Positions 53,101-61,717 of a stretch of DNA of 61,717 bases are shown here, in pieces. Within the stretch, counting starts at the first letter, position 1, and the number at the start of each line of letters is the position of its first letter. Source of the DNA: Nemertoderma westbladi (lineage: Eukaryota > Animalia > Xenacoelomorpha); the NCBI GenBank assembly GCA_032718475.1, contig JAUCBJ010003332.1:1-61717 (forward strand). Reading direction: 5' to 3'. The notes below the pieces were generated by a model. That model ran no database searches. It was not told the DNA's origin and saw only the letters and a program-made list of their open reading frames with translations. The translations under genes and the position numbers were made by a program.

Positions 53101-56100
53101 CCACTAGGTCCCTCCTTCTATCGTCATACTTTATGAGCAGTCCCCTAGGTCCCTGCTTCTTTCGTCATAATTTATGAGCAGTCCCCCTAGGTCCCTGCTT
53201 CTTTCGTCATAATTTATGAGCAGTCCCCCTAGGTCCCTGCTTCCCTCGTCATACTTTATAAGCAATCTACTAGGTCCCTCCTTCTATCGTTATACTTTAT
53301 GAGCAGTCCACTAGGTCCCTCCTTCTATCGTCATACTTTACGAGCATTCAACTAGGTCCCTCCTTCTATCGTCATACTTTATGAGCAGTCAACTAGGTCC
53401 CGGCTTCTATCGTCATACTTTACGAGCATTCAACTAGGTCCCTCCTTCTATCGTCATACTTTATGAGCAGTCCACTAGGTCCCTGCTACCCTCGCCATAC
53501 TTTATAAGCAGTTCACTATGTCCCTCCTTCTATCGTCAAGCAGTCAACTAGGTCCCGGCTTCTATCGTCATACTTTACGAGCATTCAACTAGGTCCCTCT
53601 TTCTCTCGTAACTACTTTATGAGCAGTCCCCTAGGTCCCTGCTTCCCTCGTCATACTTTATAAGCAATCTACTAAGTCCCGGCTTCTATCGTGATATTTT
53701 ATGAGCAGTCCACTAGGTCCATCCTTCTATCGTCATGCTTTATGAGCAGTCCACTAGGTCCCTCCTTCTATCGTCATACTTCATGAGCAGTCCACTAGGT
53801 CCCGTCTTCTATCGTCATACTTTATAAGCAGTCCACTATGTCCCTCCTTCTATCGTCATACTTCATGAGCAGTCCACTAGGTCCCTCCTTCTATCATCAT
53901 ACTTTATGAGCATTCAACTAGGTCCCTCCTTCTTTCGTCACTACTTCATGAGCAGTCCACTAGGTCCCTCCTTATCTCGTCATACTTTATGAGCAGTCCC
54001 CTAGGTCCCTGCTTCTTTCGTCATAATTTATGAGCAGTCCCCCTAGGTCCCTCCTTCTATCGTCATACTTTATGAGCAGTCCCCTAGGTCCCTGCTTCTC
54101 TCGTCATACTTTATGAGCAGTCCCCCTAGGTCCCTGCTTCTTTCGTCATACTTTATGAGCAGTCCCCTAGGTCCTTGCTTCTTTCGTCATAATTTATGAG
54201 CAGTCCCCCTAGGTCCCTCCTTCTATCGTCATACTTTATGAGCAGTCCCCCTAGGTCCCTCCTTCTATCGTCATACTTTATGAGCAGTCCACTAGGTCCC
54301 TCCTTCTCACGTCATACTTTATGAGCAGTCCCCTAGGTCCCTCCTTCTCTCGTCATACTTTATGAGCAGTCCACTAGGTCCCTCCTTCTATCGTCATACT
54401 TTATGAGCAGTCCCCTAGGTCCCTGCTTCTTTCGTCATAATTTATGAGCAGGCCCCCTATGTCCCTCCTTCTATCGTCATACTTCATGAGCAGTCCACTA
54501 GGTCCCTCCTTCTATCATCATACTTTATGAGCATTCAACTAGGTCCCTCCTTCTTTCGTCACTACTTCATGAGCAGTCCACTAGGTCCCTCCTTCTCTCG
54601 TCATACTTTATGAGCAGTCCCCTAGGTCCCTGCTTCTTTCGTCATAATTTATGAGCAGTCCACTAGGTCCCGTCTTCTATCGTCATACTTTATGAGCAGT
54701 CCCCCTAGGTCCCTCCTTCTATCGTCATACTTTATGAGCAGTCCCCCTAGGTCCCTCCTTCTATCGTCATACTTTATGAGCAGTCCCCTAGGTCCCTGCT
54801 TCTCTCGTCATACTTTATGAGCAGTCCCCCTAGGTCCCTGCTTCTTTCGTCATACTTTATGAGCAGTCCCCTAGGTCCCTGCTTCTTTCGTCATAATTTA
54901 TGAGCAGTCCCCCTAGGTCCCTCCTTCTATCGTCATACTTTATGAGCAGTCCCCCTTGGTCCCTCCTTCTATCGTCATACTTTATGAGCAGTCCACTAGG
55001 TCCCTACTTCTCTGGTCATACTTTATGAGCAGTCCCCTAGGTCCCTCCTTCTCTCGTCATACTTCATGAGCAGTCCACTAGGTCCCTCCTTCTCTCGTCA
55101 TACTTTATGAGCAGTCCCCTAGGTCCCTCCTTCTCTCGTCATACTTTATGAGCAGTCCACTAGGTCCCTCCTTCTATCGTCATACTTTATGAGCAGTCCC
55201 CTAGGTCCCTCCTTCTCTCGTCATACTTTATGAGCAGTCCACTAGGTCCCTCCTTCTATTGTCATACTTTATGAGCAGTCCCCTAGGTCCCTGCTTCTTT
55301 CGTCATAATTTATGAGCAGGCCCCCTAGGTCCCTCCTTCTCTCGTCATTCTTTATGAGCAGTCCCCTAGGTCCCTCCTTCTCTTGTCATACTTTATGAGC
55401 AGTCCCCTAGGTCCCTGCTTGTTTCGTCATAATTTATGAGCAGTCCACTAGGTCCCTCCTTCTATCGTCATACTTTATGAGCAGTCCACTAGGTCCCTCC
55501 TTCTATCGTCATACTTTTTGAGCAGTCCACTAGGTCCCTCCTTCTGTCGTCATACTTTATGAGCAGTCCACTAGGTCCCTCCTTCTCTCGTCATACTTTA
55601 TGAGCAGTCCCCTAGGTCCCTGCTTCTTTCGTCATAATTTATGAGCAGTCCACTAGGTCCCTCCTTCTCTCGTCATACTTTATGAGCAGTCCCCTAGGTC
55701 CCTGCTTCTTTCGTCATAATTTATGAGCAGTCCACTAGGTCCCTGCTTCTATCGTCATACTTTATGAGCAGTCCACCAGGTCCCTCCTCCTATCGTCATA
55801 CTTTTTGAGCAGTCCACGAGGTCCCTCCTTCTCTCGTCATACTTTATGAGCAGTCCCCTACGTCCCTCCTTCTCTCTTCATACTTTATGAGCAGTCCACT
55901 AGGTCCCTCCTTCTATCGTCATACTTTATGAGCAGTCCCCCTAGGTCCCTCCTTCTATCGTCATACTTTATGAGCAGTCCCCCTAGGTCCCTCCTATCGT
56001 CATACTTTATGAGCAGTCCACTAGGTCCCTGCTTCTCTCGTCATACTTTATGAGCATTCCCCTAGGTCCCTGCTTCTTTCGTCATAATTTATGAGCAGTC

Positions 56101-59100
56101 CCCCTAGGTCCCTCCTTCTATCGTTATACTTTATGAGCAGTCCCCTAGGTCCCTGCTTCTCTCGTCATACTTTATGAGCAGTCCCCCTAGGTCCCTGCTT
56201 CTTTCGTCATACTTTATGAGCAGTCCCCTAGGTCCTTGCTTCTTTCGTCATAATTTATGAGCAGTCCCCCTAGGTCCCTCCTTCTATCGTCATACTTTAT
56301 GAGCAGTCCCCCTAGGTCCCTCCTTCTATCGTCATACTTTATGAGCAGTCCACTAGGTCCCTGCTTCTCTCGTCATACTTTATGAGCAGTCCCCTAGGTC
56401 CCTCCTTCTCTCGTCATACTTCATGAGCAGTCCACTAGGTCCCTCCTTCTCACGTCATACTTTATGAGCAGTCCCCTAGGTCCCTCCTTCTCTCGTCATA
56501 CTTTATGAGCAGTCCACTAGGTCCCTCCTTCTATCGTCATACTTTATGAGCAGTCCCCTAGGTCCCTGCTTCTTTCGTCATAATTTATGAGCAGGCCCCC
56601 TATGTCCCTCCTTCTATCGTCATACTTCATGAGCAGTCCACTAGGTCCCTCCTTCTATCATCATACTTTATGAGCATTCAACTAGGTCCCTCCTTCTTTC
56701 GTCACTACTTCATGAGCAGTCCCCCTAGGTCCCTCCTTCTATCGTCATACTTTATGAGCAGTCCCCCTAGGTCCCTCCTTCTATCGTCATACTTTATGAG
56801 CAGTCCCCTAGGTCCCTGCTTCTCTTGTCATACTTTATGAGCAGTCCCCCTAGGTCCCTGCTTCTTTCGTCATACTTTATGAGCAGTCCCCTAGGTCCCT
56901 GCTTCTTTCGTCATAATTTATGAGCAGTCCCCCTAGGTCCCTCCTTCTATCGTCATACTTTATGAGCAGTCCCCCTAGGTCCCTCCTTCTATCGTCATAC
57001 TTTATGAGCAGTCCACTAGGTCCCTGCTTCTCTGGTCATACTTTATGAGCAGTCCCCTAGGTCCCTCCTTCTCTCGTCATACTTCATGAGCAGTCCACTA
57101 GGTCCCTCCTTCTCTCGTCATACTTTATGAGCAGTCCCCTAGGTCCCTCCTTCTCTCGTCATACTTTATGAGCAGTCCACTAGGTCCCTCCTTCTATCGT
57201 CATACTTTATGAGCAGTCCCCTAGGTCCCTCCTTCTCTCGTCATACTTTATGAGCAGTCCACTAGGTCCCTCCTTCTATCGTCATACTTTATGAGCAGTC
57301 CCCTAGGTCCCTGCTTCTTTCGTCATAATTTATGAGCAGGCCCCCTAGGTCCCTCCTTCTCTCGTCATTCTTTATGAGCAGTCCCCTAGGTCCCTCCTTC
57401 TCTTGTCATACTTTATGAGCAGTCCCCTAGGTCCCTGCTTGTTTCGTCATAATTTATGAGCAGTCCACTAGGTCCCTCCTTCTATCGTCATACTTTATGA
57501 GCAGTCCACTAGGTCCCTCCTTCTATCGTCATACTTTTTGAGCAGTCCACTAGGTCCCTCCTTCTGTCGTCATACTTTATGAGCAGTCCACTAGGTCCCT
57601 CCTTCTCTCGTCATACTTTATGAGCAGTCCCCTAGGTCCCTGCTTCTTTCGTCATAATTTATGAGCAGTCCACTAGGTCCCTCCTTCTCTCGTCATACTT
57701 TATGAGCAGTCCCCTAGGTCCCTGCTTCTTTCGTCATAATTTATGAGCTGTCCACTAGGTCCCTGCTTCTATCGTCATACTTTATGAGCAGTCCCCCTAG
57801 GTCCCTCCTTCTATCGTCATACTTTATGAGCAGTCCCCCTAGGTCCCTCCTATCGTCATACTTTATGAGCAGTCCACTAGGTCCCTGCTTCTCTCGTCAT
57901 ACTTTATGAGCAGTCCCCTAGGTCCCTCCTTCTCTCGTCATACTTCATGAGCAGTCCACTAGGTCCCTCCTTCTCTCGTCATACTTTATGAGCAGTCCCC
58001 TAGGTCGCTCCTTCTCTCGTCATACTTTATGAGCAGTCCACTAGGTCCCTCCTTCTATCGTCATACTTTATGAGCAGTCCCCTAGGTCCCTGCTTCTTTC
58101 GTCATACTTTATGAGCAGTCCACTAGGTCCCTGCTTCTCTCGTCATACTTTATGAGCAGTCCCCTAGGTCCCTCCTTCTCTCGTCATACTTTATGAGCAG
58201 TCCACTAGGTCCCTCCTTCTCTCGTCATACTTTATGAGCAGTCCCCTAGGTCCCTCCTTCTCTCGTCATACTTTATGAGCAGTCCACTAGGTTCCTCCTT
58301 CTCTCGTCATACTTTATGATCAGTCCCCTAGGTCCCTCCTTCTCTCGTCATACTTTATGAGCAGTCCACTAGGTCCCTCCTTCTATCGTCATACTTTATG
58401 AGCAGTCCACTAGGTCCCTCCTTCTATCGTCATACTTTATGAGCAGTCCACTAGGTCCCTCCTTCTCTCGTCATACTTTATGAGCAGTCCCCTAGGTCCC
58501 TCCTTCTCTCGTCATACTTTATGAGCAGTCCACTAGGTCCCTCCTTCTATCGTCATACTTTATGAGCAGTCCCCTAGGTCCCTCCTTCTCTCGTCATACT
58601 TTATGAGCAGTCCACTAGGTCCCTCCTTCTCTCGTCATACTTCATGAGCAGTCCACTAGGTCCCTCCTTCTCTCGTCATACTTTATGAGCAGTCCACTAG
58701 GTCCCTCCTTCTCTCGTCATACTTTATGAGCAGTCCACTAGGTCCCTGGTTCTCTCGTCATACTTTATGAGCAGTCCCCTAGGTCCCTCCTTCTCTCGTC
58801 ATACTTCATGAACAGTCCACTAGGTCCCTCCTTCTCTTGTCATACTTTATGAGCAGTCCCCTAGGTCCCTGCTTCTTTGGTCATAATTTATGAGCAGTCC
58901 ACTAGGTCCCGGCTTCTATCGTCATACTTTATGAGCAGTCCACCAGGTCCCTCCTTCTATCGTCATACTTTTTGAGCAGTCCACTAGGTCCCTCCTTCTC
59001 TCGTCATACTTTATGAGCAGTCCCCTACGTCCCTCCTTCTCTCTTCATACTTTATGAGCAGTCCACTAGGTCCCTCCTTCTATCGTCATACTTTATGAGC
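50200..59100. repeat. Dispersed copy, about 19 kb downstream, of the satellite block at about 30.7-40.3 kb
   Basis: Rare markers appear in the same order: 9-bp deletion 31452/50901 and 34369/53533; 3-bp deletion TCCTATC 37031/55992 and 39051/57848; GGTCGC 39206/58003; GATCAG 39521/58318 (the last three at +18797). Confidence 0.82.
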
Positions 59101-61717
59101 AGTCCACTAGGTCCCTGCTTCCCTCGTCATACTTTATGAGCAGTCCACTAGGTCCCTCCTTCTCTCGTCATACTTTATGAGCAGTCCACTAGGTCCCTCC
59201 TTCTATCGTCATACTTTATGAGCAGTCCACTAGGTCCCTCCTTCTATCGTCATACTTTATGAGCAGTCCCCTAGGTCCCTGCTTCTTTCGTCATAATTTA
59301 TGAGCAGGCCCCCTAGGTCCCTCCTTCTCTCGTCATACTTTATGAGCAGTCCCCTAGGTCCCTCCTTCTCTCGTCATACTTTATGAGCAGTCCCCTACGT
59401 CCCTCCTTCTCTCTTCATACTTTATGAGCAGTCCACTAGGTCCCTCCTTCTATCGTCATACTTTATGAGCAGTCCACTAGGTCCCTGCTTCCCTCGTCAT
59501 ACTTTATGAGCAGTCCACTAGGTCCCTCCTTCTCTCGTCATACTTTATGAGCAGTCCACTAGGTCCCTCCTTCTATCGTCATACTTTATGAGCAGTCCAC
59601 TAGGTCCCTCCTTCTATCGTCATACTTTATGAGCAGTCCCCTAGGTCCCTGCTTCTTTCGTCATAATTTATGAGCAGGCCCCCTAGGTCCCTCCTTCTCT
59701 CGTCATTCTTTATGAGCAGTCCCCTAGGTCCCTCCTTCTCTTGTCATACTTTATGAGCAGTCCCCTAGGTCCCTGCTTGTTTCGTCATAATTTATGAGCA
59801 GTCCACTAGGTCCCTCCTTCTATCGTCATACTTTATGAGCAGTCCACTAGGTCCCTCCTTCTATCGTCATACTTTTTGAGCAGTCCACTAGGTCCCTCCT
59901 TCTGTCGTCATACTTTATGAGCAGTCCACTAGGTCCCTCCTTCTCTCGTCATACTTTATGAGCAGTCCCCTAGGTCCCTGCTTCTTTCGTCATAATTTAT
60001 GAGCAGTCCACTAGGTCCCTCCTTCTCTCGTCATACTTTATGAGCAGTCCCCTAGCTCCCTGCTTCTTTCGTCATAATTTATGAGCAGTCCACTAGGTCC
60101 CTGCTTCTATCGTCATACTTTATGAGCAGTCCACCAGGTCCCTCCTTCTATCGTCATACTTTTTGAGCAGTCCACGAGGTCCCTCCTTCTCTCGTCATAC
60201 TTTATGAGCAGTCCCCTACGTCCCTCCTTCTCTCTTCATACTTTATGAGCAGTCCACTAGGTCCCTCCTTCTATCGTCATACTTTATGAGCAGTCCCCCT
60301 AGGTCCCTCCTTCTATCGTCATACTTTATGAGCAGTCCCCCTAGGTCCCTCCTTCTATCGTCATACTTTATGAGCAGTCCACTAGGTCCCTGCTTCTCTC
60401 GTCATACTTTATGAGCAGTCCCCTAGGTCCCTCCTTCTCTCGTCATACTTCATGAGCAGTCCACTAGGTCCCTCCTTCTCTCGTCATACTTTATGAGCAG
60501 TCCCCTAGGTCGCTCCTTCTCTCGTCATACTTTATGAGCAGTCCACTAGGTCCCTCCTTCTATCGTCATACTTTATGAGCAGTCCCCTAGGTCCCTGCTT
60601 CTTTCGTCATACTTTATGAGCAGTCCACTAGGTCCCTGCTTCTCTCGTCATACTTTATGAGCAGTCCCCTAGGTCCCTCCTTCTCTCGTCATACTTTATG
60701 AGCAGTCCCCTAGGTCCCTCCTTCTCTCGTCATACTTTATGAGCAGTCCACTAGGTCCCTCCTTCTCTCGTCATACTTTATGAGCAGTCCCCTAGGTCCC
60801 TCCTTCTCTCGTCATACTTTATGAGCAGTCCACTAGGTCCCTCCTTCTATCGTCATACTTTATGAGCAGTCCACTAGGTCCCTCCTTCTATCGTCATACT
60901 TTATGAGCAGTCCACTAGGTCCCTCCTTCTCTCGTCATACTTTATGAGCAGTCCCCTAGGTCCCTCCTTCTCTCGTCATACTTTATGAGCAGTCCACTAG
61001 GTCCCTCCTTCTATCGTCATACTTTATGAGCAGTCCCCTAGGTCCCTCCTTCTCTCGTCATACTTTATGAGCAGTCCACTAGGTCCCTCCTTCTCTCGTC
61101 ATACTTCATGAGCAGTCCACTAGGTCCCTCCTTCTCTCGTCATACTTTATGAGCAGTCCCCTAGGTCCCTCCTTCTCTCGTCATACTTTATGAGCAGTCC
61201 ACTAGGTCCCTGGTTCTCTCGTCATACTTTATGAGCAGTCCCCTAGGTCCCTCCTTCTCTCGTCATACTTCATGAGCAGTCCACTAGGTCCCTCCTTCTC
61301 TTGTCATACTTTATGAGCAGTCCCCTAGGTCCCTGCTTCTTTCGTCATAATTTATGAGCAGTCCACTAGGTCCCGGCTTCTATCGTCATACTTTATGAGC
61401 AGTCCACCAGGTCCCTCCTTCTATCGTCATACTTTTTGAGCAGTCCACTAGGTCCCTCCTTCTCTCGTCATACTTTATGAGCAGTCCCCTACGTCCCTCC
61501 TTCTCTCGTCATACTTTATGAGCAGTCCACTAGGTCCCTCCTTCTATCGTCATACTTTATGAGCAGTCCACTAGGTCCCTCCTTCTCTCGTCATACTTTA
61601 TGAGCAGTCCCCTACGTCCCTCCTTCTCTCGTCATACTTTATGAGCAGTCCCCTACGTCCCTCCTTCTCTCTTCATACTTTATGAGCAGTCCACTAGGTC
61701 CCTCCTTCTCTCGTCAT

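Larger units (their letters stand above)
3485..61717. repeat. 41-bp tandem satellite DNA array, about 1,420 monomers, all head-to-tail; continues past the window end
   Basis: The consensus ATGAGCAGTCCACTAGGTCCCTCCTTCTCTCGTCATACTTT recurs every 41 nt (for example ATG at 3667 and 3708). The unit is 28/41 pyrimidine on + and about 49% GC. Length variants of 32-44 bp occur. I saw no inversion or foreign insertion. Confidence 0.98.

Noticed and set aside
3485-61717. CRISPR-like array (short repeat with a palindrome)
   Set aside because: The units are contiguous with no unique spacers, there are no cas genes, and the context (LINE, satellite) is eukaryotic.

Overview
This is eukaryotic, probably invertebrate, repetitive DNA with no intact gene. 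Positions 1-2016 are a decayed RTE-clade-like non-LTR retrotransposon (LINE) on the + strand. It has remnants of an APE endonuclease, reverse transcriptase and C-terminal domain, broken by frameshifts, stops and a probable large internal deletion, and it ends in a structured 3' end plus a (TAG)14 tail. About 1.45 kb of AT-rich unique DNA follows, including a G24 run. From about 3485 to the window end (about 58.2 kb, about 1,420 copies) is one uninterrupted head-to-tail array of a 41-bp satellite, consensus ATGAGCAGTCCACTAGGTCCCTCCTTCT(C/A)TCGTCATACTTT. Tracing private variants shows nested higher-order repeats with periods of about 0.37, 0.58, 1.27, 2.9, 3.2, 3.9-4.0, 4.8 and 19 kb, plus a proximal-to-distal turnover of monomer subfamilies. 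All ORFs inside the array are artefacts of the repeat. I found no convincing new protein-coding or CRISPR-like system. The most notable signals are the satellite's hierarchical organisation, hairpin-improving variants in one monomer subfamily, and a three-way junction at the LINE 3' end.
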